Shown: positions 1 to 12,008 of the stretch, one piece after another
Numbering within the stretch: the stretch's first letter is position 1
Layout: every line of letters starts with the position of its first letter
Assembly: GCA_043228905.1 (NCBI GenBank)
Contig: JBHGNT010000001.1
Span: 13,764,001-13,828,000 of the forward strand
Source of the DNA: Azolla caroliniana
Lineage: Eukaryota; Plantae; Polypodiophyta
DNA: 64,000 nucleotides
Reading direction: 5' to 3'
Position numbers and translations under genes: made by a program
Notes under the pieces: generated by a model
Told to the model about the DNA's origin: nothing
The model's input: only the letters and a program-made list of their open reading frames with translations
Databases searched by the model: none

Positions 1-7
1 ATACCGG

Positions 8-767
8 TGTCGTAGTGTATTTCGTACACTACGTGAAAAACTTATAAAGTACCGATTTAATAAATATAAATAAATAGTAGAAAATATTAAAATATTTATA
101 ACATGCATAGGGCAAGATTTGAACCTTGCACCTCCATGTTAATAATGTGAAACCTTACCATTACACTAGCATTTCATTAGTGTTAAAAAGTAGATGTCCC
201 ACATAGAAAGCTAAGTTTACCTAGGATAAACTTTAGTTAAAAGAAAACGCATGCTAAAGGAAAAGGCTACGCATGCACATCTAGCGTGCATGAACGCTAT
301 AGTTGATAAAAAACGCACAAGTTAGAAAAAGCATGATCACTTTAGATAAAGCATATACTCTATCTATAGAAAAAGCATGAAGTCTATAGTTAGAGAAAAC
401 GCATGGGTTGGAAAAGACTCTCTCATCTCTATATAAGGATGAGGAGCACAATGTAATGGGTGTGTGAAATACTTGGAAATTGGATATATTTCCAAAAACA
501 CCAACCAATTAATATAATCGTGGGATTCACGAAAATAATATAATCTATACTTGTGGGATTCACAAGTTTCTTATATCTTTCTTTCAATCTAAATACATAT
601 TCTTATCTAAATACTGATTAATAAAATATATTATACTTGTGGGATTCACAAGTTTATAATAATCTATTCATAATTAAAATCGTCTCAAATTCTTCCTCTT
701 CCTAGTCCAAAACCCCAGCGGTTCCCACCCGACTCACGCAAACGATCCGGAGCCGAAAGGCACGACA
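8..767 (+). mobile_element. Solo LTR of a gypsy lineage (TGTCG...CGACA), inserted just upstream of the PPT of a related element
   Basis: Termini TGTCGT...ACGACA; TATA at ~430; homologous to 799-1723. Flanks CCGG/CCGA form a 4-bp TSD with one transition. The rejoined flanks match the pre-PPT sequence of the gypsy at ~50248-50280. Confidence 0.8.
115..168 (-). promoter_or_regulatory. tRNA-like A-box/B-box module in LTR U3
   Basis: Minus strand TAGTGTAATGG-32nt-GGTTCAAATCT with a GCAAG/CTTGC T-arm-like stem. Confidence 0.65.
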
Positions 768-842
768 CCGAAGGATGTGCGGGTTCGGAGGGGGCGAGTG
801 TCGTAGTGTAATTCGCACACTACGTGAAAAATTGCATTTTTT

Positions 843-1092
843 GGTCTCTCCGGATAGAACATGGAGTACCCGGTGAGAACCGGAAGGAGGACCCGGTAAG
901 GAGACCCGGTGAGAATCGGATGAAGAAGGCCGGTGAGAGTTGGTGAGAAATGAACAAAGACAACCCGGTAAGGAGGACCCGGTAAGAACCGGATAAAGAA
1001 GACCCGGTGAGAACCGGATGAAGTAGACCTGGCAAGAGCCAGATGAAGAAGGCCGGTGAGAGTCTCACGGGATGAAGAGACATATTCGTAAA
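843..1092 (+). repeat. Degenerate CCGG-rich tandem array inside the LTR
   Basis: Repeated CCGGTGAGAA/CCGGATGAAG units; absent from the sister LTR 8-767; similar to 6061-6345. Confidence 0.85.
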
Positions 1093-1133
1093 TAGAAGAA
1101 AGTATAAAAAATATATATTACATGTATAGGGCA

Positions 1134-1189
1134 AGATTCGAACCTTCCACCTCCATGTTTATAATGTAAAGCCTTACTATATTACACTA
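1134..1189 (-). promoter_or_regulatory. tRNA-like A-box/B-box module in LTR U3
   Basis: Minus strand degenerate A box TAGTGTAATATAG and B box GGTTCGAATCT. Confidence 0.6.
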
Positions 1190-1727
1190 ACATATCATTA
1201 GTGTTAAAAAAGTAAACGTCCCACATAGAAAGGTAAGTTCACGCTAGGATAAACTTTAGTTAGAAGAAAATGCATGATAAAAGAAAAAGCTACGCATGCG
1301 CATGTAGCGTGCATGAACACCATAATTGATAAAAACGCATCAAGCTAGAAAAAGTAGGATCACTTTAGAAAAAGCATATAGTCTATTGTTAGAGAAAAGC
1401 ATGGATTATTAAGACTCTCTCATCACTATATAAGGATGGGGAGCACAATGTAATAGGGTGTGAAATACTTGGAAATTGGATATATTTCCTGAAACACCAA
1501 TTAATATAATATATTCGTGGGATTCACGAATTTGTGATCAAAATTGTCTCTTACTATCTAAATATTGAATACACTAAACTCGTGGGATTCACAAGATTCA
1601 TAACTTACCTATCTTTCTACCTATTCATTACTAGCCTTATCTCATATTCTTCTTTCTGCTAGTCCAAAACTTCAGTGGTTTCCACCCGACTCACGCAATG
1701 ATCTGGAGCCGAAAGGCACGACACCGT

Positions 1728-3767
1728 ATCATCGGGAATATGTATGTAGGCGATAGAACCGAAAATGCAGACATGTGACAAGTTTGGCCTATTTCCGAAG
1801 AACTTCTCATGCGGAGTTATATAGTGTACTCTCGAGGTTGTGCACCTGTGCATGAGATATATGGCCGTATTTGTGGCTTGTGCCCAATATGATTTCGGTA
1901 GGTTCTTCTCGTTCATCATGGCTCGCGCAACTTCTACTACTTGACGATTTTTACGCTCTGCTATGCCGTTTTGCTGAGGCGTGTGTCGACACGAGAACTC
2001 TCGTCGGATTCCTTCTTTTCAGAGATACGCCGTAAATTCATCCAAAAAATATTCTTTGCCTCCATCTGATCGAAGACAACGTACATGCCGACCTGTAGTT
2101 TTTTCGACTTCGGCTTTGAATGTTTGGAAGTGCCTGAACACTTCACTCTTCTGCTTCATCGGATAGATCCAGGTGTTCCTAGAGAAGTCGTCGATGAACG
2201 TGACATGGTATCGGCATCCACCAAATGTTGCTATTTGGGCTGGTCCCCACACATTTGAATGTATGACATCTAGGATTCCTTTGCTCACATTCCGAACTGA
2301 CATGCTTCACATACGCTTGTAATCTCCTTTGTCGTAAAGTTCAAGAGTCTAATTACGACTCCTTTCGATTGCATGCTGTGGAGCTTTTGGAGATTGATGT
2401 GGCCGATTCTCTTGTGCCACAGTTTCAAGTCGGTTTCGACTTTCTGGCCCTTTTCAAACATGGCCAACTTTACCTCGCTTGATTCAAGGATGAACATACG
2501 GCCTTCACGACGGCCATGAGCTATGACTTGATCGCCTTTTTCAATGAAGCACCCATCGTTATTGAAGCGTACTTGCATTCCTTGTTTTTCATAATAGTGG
2601 GGACATGCAACACGTTCTTGAGGTAGGTCTGTTTGCCATCGTTTCCGAGTGGGACGTTCCCGATATGCTGTATTGGGTGAGTTGTGTCATCTCTTGTTTC
2701 GACATATCTGGGACGTTTGGGCTTCCGTAGTTCCCGAAACCAATCTTCATGGGACGTCATGTGATTGGATGCTCCCGAATCGAAAAACCATACGTTGTTC
2801 GGACTGGAAGCAATAGTTGACGCAAGTGCGGACATTGAGTGCGCTTTGTGCTTCATTATGAACATTCCGCCGTGGTCGCCGTAGTCAAAGTTCGTGGCGA
2901 AATTTGTTAGTTGCCGGCCTTGCTCATGCTTCTTCTTCCAACACTCCTCTTCGTAGTGGCCGGGTTTTCCACAGTACCCGCTTTAGCTGGGTTCCTACGG
3001 TTGCTTGCTCCGGCGTGATGACTCCCCCTTCCGCCGAACTCTCTGGGGCCGTTTCTGACCGCTTGCCATTGGTGGGAGTTATGCTCTTGGTTGTGTCGGC
3101 CTTGGCCGAATCGACCTCTCCTTCTGCGGCTTTGTCCTCTTCCTCCATCGAAGTTCGAATATAGCATTTGTTCGTCATGCGCGTTGTTCCTTTAACACAC
3201 GTGATTCTCTTTGACTAGCAACAATGATTGGAGATCAAATGGGAGGGAGGATTCTCTCTCACGAGAACGACCGATCTTATTGCGCCAAATCGTGGTGCCA
3301 AGCCACTGAGGCATATCTGCACCATTTCTTCGTCGTCAATGCTAACATTGATCGATGCAAGGGCATCACACAACTCCTTGATCTTTAAAGTGTAGTTGCT
3401 GATTGACATGTCCCTTTGTTGAAGATTGTTCAACTCCTGTCGAAGTTGGAGCTTTTGTGCGGCCGTATTGGCTACGAAAATCTTCTTGAGGTTTTCCCAA
3501 GCTTGCTTCGGCGTTTTTGCCTCTCGAATGTAGCCAAGCATATGATCATGAATCTGTGATGCAAGGTAATACAACACACGGCTTGCGGCCTGCTCCCAAG
3601 CGGGATAGTCGGCGTGTGTTGGGTTGGGTTGTGATTCGTGAGCTCCTTCGATGTAGCTCTACTACCCTTGTCCGACAAGGTATTGATGCATCTTGTATTT
3701 GCAAGATGCAAAGTTCGTTCTGTCGAGCTTCTCGGTTGGAAGAGCGCTTCCCATTTGAGTATTCATG
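1728..3767 (-). pseudogene. Copia gag-protease-integrase, frameshifted
   Basis: ORF fragments WFFDSGASNHM, LWHKRIGH, CEACQFG, VTFIDDFSR, LRSDGGKEY. Confidence 0.9.
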
Positions 3768-4160
3768 GTGATTTATTCTCTGTTGATGGGCTGGTTCTGT
3801 TGATCGTCGGCATGCAACACAACACAGTCGAATAGGCTTAATCAGGCAACCACACGCTCTGATACCATGTAACGGAATGGGAGGCAAGAGTGATTGCAAT
3901 GCAACGGAAGATGATTGAGAGTGTGTGTGTGTGTGATTCAATAGAGGGAGAGAGTGAGAGATCTCTTAAGGCAGAGATAGAAAAATTGTATATTCACCAA
4001 ACATACATAAAACATCCAACAGTAACTAAGTTACAATGCGTTGGTTTATATACCAACTAAGCTATTGCAAGTGCCCTTTCTACTATTTACAAAACTAGCA
4101 CAACATCTCCATGAGCTAGTGTGAAACCTATCTATGGGAAGTTGAGTTCGACTCTCAACA
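1728..4160 (-). mobile_element. Ty1/copia element, 5' half (5' LTR 3868-4160, PBS-iMet 3856-3867)
   Basis: TGGTATCAGAGC PBS; LTR TGTTGAG...TACA; gag, protease and integrase remnants. Confidence 0.9.
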
Positions 4161-4631
4161 TTTTTGATTTTTTAGACCTTCGATTTTTGCCGATTTTTGG
4201 GTTTGACGTGCAAGGCACTATCCCACAGGTGTGCTAGGTGTTACCCAATGGGACATAAGTGACAAGTGTGAAAGGGACGCATAGGACAAGTGTGAACACG
4301 AACAAGCGAAGACAGAAGCCGAATATCATGTAGGGAACAGTGGAAAAGTGCCGAGTCAAGGGAAAGCTATATAAATCGAGGAAGCGATGAACGAAAAGGG
4401 GGGATAAGGAAGAGATAAGAGAGAGCATAGATTACAGGGGAGATTATAAAACCCTGAGTGAGTACTGTGCCGATTCTACTCGGTATTTGTATTTGTCTTG
4501 TATTGTATGCTACCATAATTGAATATCTATATCTACTTGTGCGCAATCACTGTATCTGTCTCAATTCGATCTATTTTCATCTATGTTGGTCTATGTAGTT
4601 CGTGTTGGGAAAACATGGTTGTGTGCCAACC
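4161..4631 (+). mobile_element. 3' end of an Athila/Phygy-like gypsy: anti-PBS motif (4220-4236) plus LTR (4239-~4631)
   Basis: The pre-LTR motif GACGTGCAAGGCACTATCCCACAGGTGTGCTAGG|TG matches 36800-36836; TATA ~4370; LTR end GTGCCAAC. Confidence 0.7.
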
Positions 4632-4639
4632 GATCCTCC

Positions 4640-5300
4640 ATAGCACTTTCTCTATCACCCTACGAAGCTTGCATAAGTCGATTACTTCGCACTTGTAGTT
4701 CAATAGGAAATAAAGCCTCCTATCCACATACTAAAAAAAATGGGGTAAAACTTGTGGATAACTTAAAGGAGACATGGTATGCCCAAATAGCATCATCAAG
4801 GAATTCATCCCAAGTTCTCATTTTATCTTTCACAAGTTTTTGGTGATTTTTAACCAAAATACTATTCACCTTCTCTACTACACCATTAGCTTTAGGATAG
4901 TATGGGGTAGAGTACCTATGCTTTATCTTCAATTTCTCTAATAAATAAGCCAATACTTCACCACGAAAACTTGGACCATGATCTAATACAATCTCTAATG
5001 TTTCACCAAATCTCGTACAAATATTATGGTAGATGAATTGAAGCACATCCCTAGATTTGATTGAAGAAGTTGCCACTACTTCCGCCCACTTGGTCATGTA
5101 ATCAACTGCCACCAAGATATACTCCTTACTATGTTGAGACTTTGGAAGAGGACGTATTGCATCGATGCCCCACTTCTCAAACGGAGCAAATACCACAATT
5201 GGATGTAAAGGAACCATACGAAGATATTTGTGGCCCACCTTTTGGCATGCATCACAAGATTTGCACCACTCATTTGTCTTTATGGATGGTAGACCAAGTA
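4640..5300 (-). pseudogene. Non-chromovirus gypsy integrase fragment
   Basis: ORF 4720-5238: FEKWGIDAI..AVDYMTKWAE..DHGPSF..STPYYPKANGVVE. Confidence 0.85.
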
Positions 5301-5336
5301 AAACCCGTTAACATAATCGTTCTCAACATGATGTCA

Positions 5337-7564
5337 TGAGAAAAATGTGTGCGGAATAGCGCTCGGCCACAACCGAGTCTTTATCACTGAATGGAAGAAA
5401 ACAAAAAATAGAAATAAGACGACACAAGTTGTTAACCTGGAAAACCCGGATCATGAAAAATGACGGGAGCCCATAGACTCCAAACGAGAGGAAGGATACA
5501 ACGTGAGACTCAGAGGCAATGACCTCGAGCTCTATGTCTTCGCCAACCGGCGGTTACAATAGAAAATACTTTTTGTTTCTCTCTCACTCTCACTATATCT
5601 CACTGTTTACACTATTTTCCCTAGTTATATTTATACTCATATAACTTACGAGCTATTTACAAATGTGAAGTCAACAGTCACGTCTAAACATATTTACAAA
5701 TATGTTCCTACTTGCTGGTTCATACCGGATCTGGCCAGACTCCTTTCGGATCCATCTGATCTGGTATCCGGATACCTTCCAGATCCATCAAGTCTAGTTG
5801 CTCCCTTCGTTCCGGCTGATACGGCTCTTCCGGTTCTTATCTGTATCCCATCCGGAGGGACTTGTTTCTCAACAAACTCCCTCTTCACTCCGGCATGGGA
5901 TGTCTCGTCAGTTCAAACCTTCTTCGGCATAGGTCCAACTTGTCAGAAACCAACACCTTGGTCAACATATCTGACCCGTTCTCCTCCATATGGATCTTCG
6001 TCAGCAATAACTCTTTATCCTCTACCTTCTCCCACAACTAGTGATATCTGTTAGGAAACAGGTCCCTCCGGATGGGAAGTGAGAGGAACAGTACTAATGA
6101 GCAAACTCGGCCGAGGCCGAAACTGGATATAGAGTACCCGACATGAGCCGGATGGTGCAGGCCCGGCTACGGAGAACCGGATGACGAGTACCCGGCTTTG
6201 GAGAGCCAGATGACGAGTACACGGCTTCGGAGAGCCGGATGGTGCAGACCCAGTGAGAACAGGATGACGAGTACCCAGCTACGGAGAGCCGGATGGTGCA
6301 GACCCGGTGAGGAGTGCTCACCGGATGAAGAGACATATTCGTAAAATGTTTCTGAGAGTCCATCGTGGCTATATCTTGTAAATAGCCGAAAAGTCATATT
6401 AGTATAAATATGACTTAGGGCAAACTTTTGAGTGCGGTTGTCATTCTTGTTGACACAAGATTAGAGCACGAAACTGTGTACAGAGAGAGTGAGAGAGAGG
6501 AAGAGGTCGTTGCCTCAGTGCTTTCTTATTGTACATTCTGATATAGTGATAGTTTGCGGTCTGTGGGCTGCCGTGGTTTTTCCCGAGTTTGGGTTTTCCA
6601 CGTAAACATCCTGTGTACTTTTCTCTTTATCGCGTTGTGCATTCATTCCCTGTTTTTTCTGTGTTTTATTCTAGGCTCGGTTGTGGCCGAGCGTTGTTCA
6701 TCGGGAGCGTGTAGTTCCTGTCAATATCTCCTCTGAATGTGCTTGGTCTGGGAGTGGTAGTCCGCGTTCTTCGCGAGGTGGATGACACTTTCACTGTCGT
6801 AGTAGAGCCGGAATTCCTCTTGACGGATCCCTAGCTCTTCGATGAAGTCCTTCATCTAGATTACCTCTTTACCGGCTTCTACAACTGCCATGTACTCTGC
6901 TTCCATTGTCGATAGTGTAACGCACTTCTGCAACCTCGACTGCCATGATACAACCCCCTTTGCATATGTCATAACATATCCGGATGGTATCCGCATCAAC
7001 CGACATATCTGAGTCCATGAATCCTTCAATCTAGGGTTTACCTGAGCCGAACTGGAGGCACATACTCGAGGTGCCTTTCAAATACCGGAGTATCCACTTG
7101 ACCACAGTCCAATGTTCTTTGCCCGGATTGCTCATGAACTGGTTGGCCACTCCGACTGCATATCTGATATCTGGCCGGGTACACGTCATTGCGCACATCA
7201 GGCATCCGACAATAGAGGTTGACTTCTCTGACTTTGTCTTCAAACTTTGTTTCCCGGATAGCTTGCAATTAGTGGAAAGTATCGACCCGATCGGCTTAGC
7301 ATCCGACATGTTGAATCGTTGGAGCACCTTTGTCATGTATTTCTCTTGTGACATCCACAATATTTTCTTCGTCCGGTCCCGGACTATGTGCATCCCCAAT
7401 ATCTGTCTCGCCGGACCTAGATCTTTCATTGAGAAGGTCCGATTCAAGGCCTTCTTCAGATTTCCGATTTTGATCTTCTCCGGTCCACGATCAACATGTC
7501 ATTCACATACAACAAGAGTATTAAGAATTCGCCTCCGTCATATTTCTTCACAAATACACAACGG
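5337..7564 (-). mobile_element. Tork/Tnt1-like copia, 3' half (RT-RNase H remnant, PPT, 3' LTR ~5337-5874)
   Basis: LLLYVNDML, MKDLGPARQILGM, CTRPDI; minus-strand PPT AAGAGGGAG before TGTTGAGAAAC; left end approximate. Confidence 0.8.
6049..6723 (+). mobile_element. Copia solo LTR, related to the LTR of its host element
   Basis: TG...CA with TSD ATATC; start TGTTAGGAAACAGGTCCCTCCGGATGGG resembles the host LTR start; CCGGATG array at 6130-6330. Confidence 0.9.
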
Positions 7565-8300
7565 TGTCGTGAAGATCCGTCACTACGCTCGGATCTGAGG
7601 CGGAACCGTCGGGGTTCTGGACCGGAAGGACTCGAAGTTGGCGCTAGCTTTAGCGAGAAAGGTTTTAAGATAGATTGAAAGAGAGAGATTGAGATAAAAT
7701 AGAACACTTGATTTTTAGATTGAGAGAGAGTTTTTAAGAGATAAGATATATCATCAATTGGATAACGAATTTCTTACTTTGAATTTTAATTTTGATATCA
7801 AGTACAAAGCTTCCAAAAATTTTACATTAGTCCTCTCATCTTTTTCCTCCCCTCTTTTATAAACGCCCTCATGCATTTGAGGGTACAAGACATGCATAAA
7901 ATGCATGTTTTCTATTTGGTGCTCATGTATTACATGTGGTGCATGATAACCACTCATTTAAGGTCTCATGTATAAGAATTTACATGTAAAACTATAATGA
8001 CAAAAATATTATTTCATGAAAATGTCATGGCTTAGTGGTAAGCCTATAGATTCTCAACTTGAAGGTGCAAGGATCAAATCCACACTTGCACTCCTCGTGT
8101 ATATATATATATATATATATGTATACATATATTTATTTATTTATTTATATAGCTATCCGGTCGTCGGACGCCGGATGCCGCGGGCTCCGCCGCCAATTGA
8201 CGCCTCCGTCACCGACTGGCCGGTTCCGGTTTGGTTTGCAGTTTTTCGGCCGATTCCGAATTGATTTCCGGCCGATTTCAATTTCATTACCAATCAGTTC
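7565..8300 (-). mobile_element. Gypsy LTR (relative of the 55317/58199 LTRs); far boundary unresolved
   Basis: Ends CACGACA on the minus strand with flank ACGG; shares CATGCA-rich block, TATA and U5 motifs with 55317-56071. Confidence 0.7.
8028..8081 (+). promoter_or_regulatory. tRNA-like A-box/B-box module in LTR U3
   Basis: TGGCTTAGTGG-32nt-GGATCAAATCC. Confidence 0.7.
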
Positions 8301-9180
8301 CATTTTATTGCTAGTCGATTTTTGGGAATTTAGCCACATTTATCCATCTAAACAAAGTGGCCAAAGTGATCTTAGCACAAATAAAAATAAGGGATCTCAA
8401 TGTGCTTATATAGCAAGGGCCTTAACTTTCCTATCTATGTGGGATATTTCAAAGTTCTTTTTTTCTTTTGCAAAACTTTATACCCACATAAGTTGACACT
8501 TAGATGTCCGTTTCTTATGTCGTAAAGTGCATCCGAAAGCTCTTCAAGACCTCCATCCTTTTATAGTTTTATGTGATTTTCACACCATTGCTGAAAATCT
8601 TCACGATAGCGGTCAACTAGTGTCTTGGGGTAAAATCTGTGAACTAGATTGATCAGGTATACTAGAGCATTTTCGTCACCCTCTCTTGGATCGTTTGGTT
8701 GATCAGTTAACCCACTCCATTTTGCATGGTGTGTATCGAACAGTCTTTCAGTGTCAAATCCCTTTGTCGGATAGGTATGTTTTGAAGGCTCGAGAGGTGT
8801 ATTACCCTCCATTGTTGTCAGGAACAATACTAAGACAGAGAAGGAATTAGTACTAAACGAAGGATTAGTACTATGAGAGGTGTAGAACTTCTTTGAGAGA
8901 AGGAAGAAGTGAGCGAGACGGAGAGAAAGAGAGAGATCGAGAGAGGGAGAGAGTGATGATAAGAAAGATATGTATTACGTGAAGAGAATATACAATGGTG
9001 GCTAAAGGCTTAAGACTGGCGTTGAACCAATTTGGTTCAACATAATGCCTAGTGGCCTCTTTTATAGTTTTTCCAGGACTAATCCTGAAGCTTCTAGAAT
9101 GTTCCAAAGAAATCTGGAATATACATTAATTTCCTATAGTAAAACGTAAATGAAAGAAATATCCTACCTATTACAATAGA

Positions 9181-9235
9181 TGATATAATGGTCAAGAGCT
9201 CAACCCATATAACCTAAGGTCATGGGTTCGAGTCT
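9181..9235 (+). promoter_or_regulatory. tRNA-like A-box/B-box module at the U3 edge of the chromovirus 3' LTR
   Basis: TGATATAATGG-33nt-GGTTCGAGTCT. Confidence 0.6.
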
Positions 9236-9242
9236 TGACATA

Positions 9243-11514
9243 TCATGACACTATCCCCCCTTTAAAACGACGAGTGTCACGAGTCGTCTTGGATTGAGGA
9301 CCCGGTTTGTGTGGATATTGACGATGGAAGTCTTCAAGAAGAGCACGAGCATTGGTCACATTCTCGATCGGTTCCCAAGTACGTTCGCTGGGACTATAGC
9401 CTAGCAAATCGACTAGATAGTAGAGCTTGTTGCAAACAATCTTGGAATCAAGGATGGCGGCAACCTCGTACTCCGGCCCATCTTCAAGCTCAATCGGGGG
9501 TGGAGGTTGTATAAGACGTCCTGGGATGGTGCTCTCGTGATAGGGTTCGAGGAGAGAACTATGAAACACCGGATGTATCCGAAGTTGAGGAGGTAGATCG
9601 AGACGAAAAGCGACATCATTAATCTTTCCAAAAATACGGAAAGGACCTAATCGCCGATAATCCAACTTCTCACATGGGCGAGTAGTCTTGATGTGTCGTT
9701 GTAGCAGCCACACCCGATCTCCAATATTAAAACTGGATGGAAGTCGATGACGATCCGCGTAGACCTTGTGTGTTTGTTGAGCTTGTTGGAGATGAGTAGA
9801 TAAATCCGCTTGTATCTTGCGTAACCGCTCCAAACGATCCTCCTCGCATGGATTTGTGGACACCTCTGGGGTTTCAAGTACACTCCACCGGGGGTGACAT
9901 CCTGTATAAGCATAAAATGGCGTAACTTTAGTGGATGCGTGGATAGAGTTGTTATAGGCAAATTCGGCGAAGTGGAGAATATCTGCCCAGTCATCCTAAT
10001 GATAGCTAAGAAAGCACCGTAGATACTGCTCCAACGTTTGATTTGTTCGTTCGGCTTGGACGTTGGTTTGTGGGTGGTAGTCGGAGGAGAGGTTACAAGT
10101 GACCTTGAGCATGTTAAAAAGGTGCTTCCAGAATTTTGACACGAACTGGGGTCCACGGTCGCTGATGATACTATCAGGAAGTCCATGATGCCGACATACT
10201 TCACGCATGACAATTTCGGCAATGTCTTCACTGGAGATCTCCTTAGTACATGGCAAGAAATGAGCCATCTTCGTATATCGATGGACCATCGTTAGAATCG
10301 CATTGAACCCCTTAGAGACTGGAAGATCTGTGATGACGTCTAGAGCAATGGATTGCCACGGCTTGCTTGGAATTGGTAATGGTTCTAATAAACCATATGG
10401 ATGATGCCTTGGCATTTTCGCTCTACAACATGTATCACAAGTCCGAACAAAATCCTCGACAAATTGTCGCATACAGGGCCACCAGAAGGATCGTTGTACT
10501 AAATCTAATGTTTTAGTACTACCAAAATGCCTAACTGTATATGTGTCATGACAATTTTGTACTACTCGAAGGCGGCAAGAACCATTAGGAACATACAAAA
10601 GTTCTTTAAAGAAGAATAATCCATCATGGTATTTGAATTGCCGATAGTCCGTACCTGGTGGTTGTGACTGTGAACACGACGCTCGAGAGGGATCAATTTG
10701 TGCTAGTATAATTTCGGCGAACGCATCTGTCTTCAAGTCTTCACGTATGGTATCGATAACGTGGAAATCCATGGGCATGTCAAAGATCTGTGTTGCTTGT
10801 AGTCACGTCGGTCCCAAGATGACTTGTTTTTGGTTATCGAAAGCTGCCTCGCTGGGACGGGGTGCTAGATACGAATGTCGTGATAATGCATTTGCCTTCC
10901 CTTGGTGCTTCCCCGGACGATATGTAATTTTGAAGTTGAAACGCGCGAGGAAGTGGGCCCACCGAGCTTGACGTTGATTCACCACACGAGCATCCTGAAA
11001 GTAGGCAAGGTTCTTGTGGTCACTAAATACGGTGACTGGATGAGAGGATCCCTAGAAACTCTTCAAAATTGTTGACTAACGGAGATTCCTTTTCTAATAG
11101 TGGAGCGAACCATGCCAACGCTGAGCCACTTAACAAAGTGCCTACTAAACCCACTCGTGATGCATCGGTGGGATATCGGGAAGGATGCATTTGAATAACT
11201 AATTGTACCTGGTTAAGGAACCCTCTAAACTGCAATCACGTTCCATCGAACTTCGTGGGAAGGACAATCTTGGGTTCTTTATGAATCCCTTGTGTTCTGG
11301 GCCCTTGTTGTTGCATCGCTACGATGGTTGCTTCGAGTTGTTGCACGCATAACGCAAGTTCCCCATGTTGTTGCGTTTGCTGCTTTTCTAAGGAGATTTG
11401 CTGAAGTTCCCCCAGCAACCGTTGGTTTTCTTGTTCCAAAGCATGGAACTTCTCTTTCAAGCATTGAAATTCCGAGAAAACAGATTGATATTCTTCAGCG
11501 CTAACAATGGCCAT
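9243..11514 (-). pseudogene. gag N-terminus joined by deletion to RNase H end, integrase and chromodomain
   Basis: EPKIVLPTKFDG; [14 protein letters not shown]; HHCC, SDRGPQF, GPF motif; EYEVAAILDSK..TWEPIEN chromodomain. Confidence 0.92.
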
Positions 11515-11574
11515 GGGATGAAAGAAAAGAGGAATAAGAGATTAGTAGGAAATGAGAGAGACAGAAGGTAGGGA

Positions 11575-11586
11575 AAATTGGTTCAA
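11575..11586 (-). other. Self-priming PBS
   Basis: Minus-strand TTGAACCAATTT is complementary to AAATTGGTTCAA (11806-11795), which starts 33 nt downstream of the TATA. Confidence 0.75.
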
Positions 11587-11953
11587 ACTGTCAGGAACAA
11601 TACTAAGACAGAGAAGGAATTAGTACTAAACGAAGGATTAGTACTATGAGAGGTGTAGAACTTCTTTGAGAGAAGGAAGAAGTGAGCGAGATGGAGAGAA
11701 AGAGAGAGATTGAGAGAGGGAGAGAGTGATGATAAGAAAGATATGTATTATGTGAAGAGAATATACAATGGTGGCTAAAGGCTTAAGACGGGCGTTGAAC
11801 CAATTTGGTTCAACATAATGCCTAGTGGCCTCTTTTATAGTGTTTCCAGGAGTAATCCTGAAGCTTCTAGAATGTTCCAGAGAAATCTGGAATATACATT
11901 AATTTCCTATAGTAAAATGTAAATGAAAATAACATCTTACGTATTACAATAGA

Positions 11954-12008
11954 TGATATAATGGTCAAGAGCTCAACCCATATAACCTAAGGTCATGGGT
12001 TCGAGTCT
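11954..12008 (+). promoter_or_regulatory. tRNA-like A-box/B-box module in the chromovirus 5' LTR
   Basis: Same sequence as 9181-9235. Confidence 0.6.

Larger units (their letters stand above)
799..1723 (+). mobile_element. 3' LTR of a gypsy element whose body lies left of the window
   Basis: Preceded by PPT GGAGGGGGCGAG (787-798); termini TGTCG...CGACA; right flank CCGT followed by host copia integrase. Confidence 0.8.

Noticed and set aside
843-1092. CRISPR-like array (also 6130-6330 and 56970-57660)
   Set aside because: These are degenerate tandem units without constant repeats and unique spacers; the context is eukaryotic and no cas genes are present.
8-1723. TRIM-like element with two LTRs and a 31-bp interior
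   Set aside because: There is no PBS and no shared outer TSD. The flanks of the first LTR rejoin into the family's normal pre-PPT sequence, so it is a solo LTR inserted into a relative.
6090-6140. Hammerhead ribozyme-like CTAATGAG...CGAAAC
   Set aside because: The core deviates from CTGATGA, and stems I and II do not pair convincingly.
8021-8095. Functional tRNA genes at the A/B-box modules
   Set aside because: Acceptor and anticodon stems do not form properly; only the boxes and a T-arm-like hairpin are retained.
8561-8827. Apparent novel 88-aa protein
   Set aside because: It is an off-frame reading of copia integrase (DNGG..YTSRAFKTYLSDKGI in another frame).
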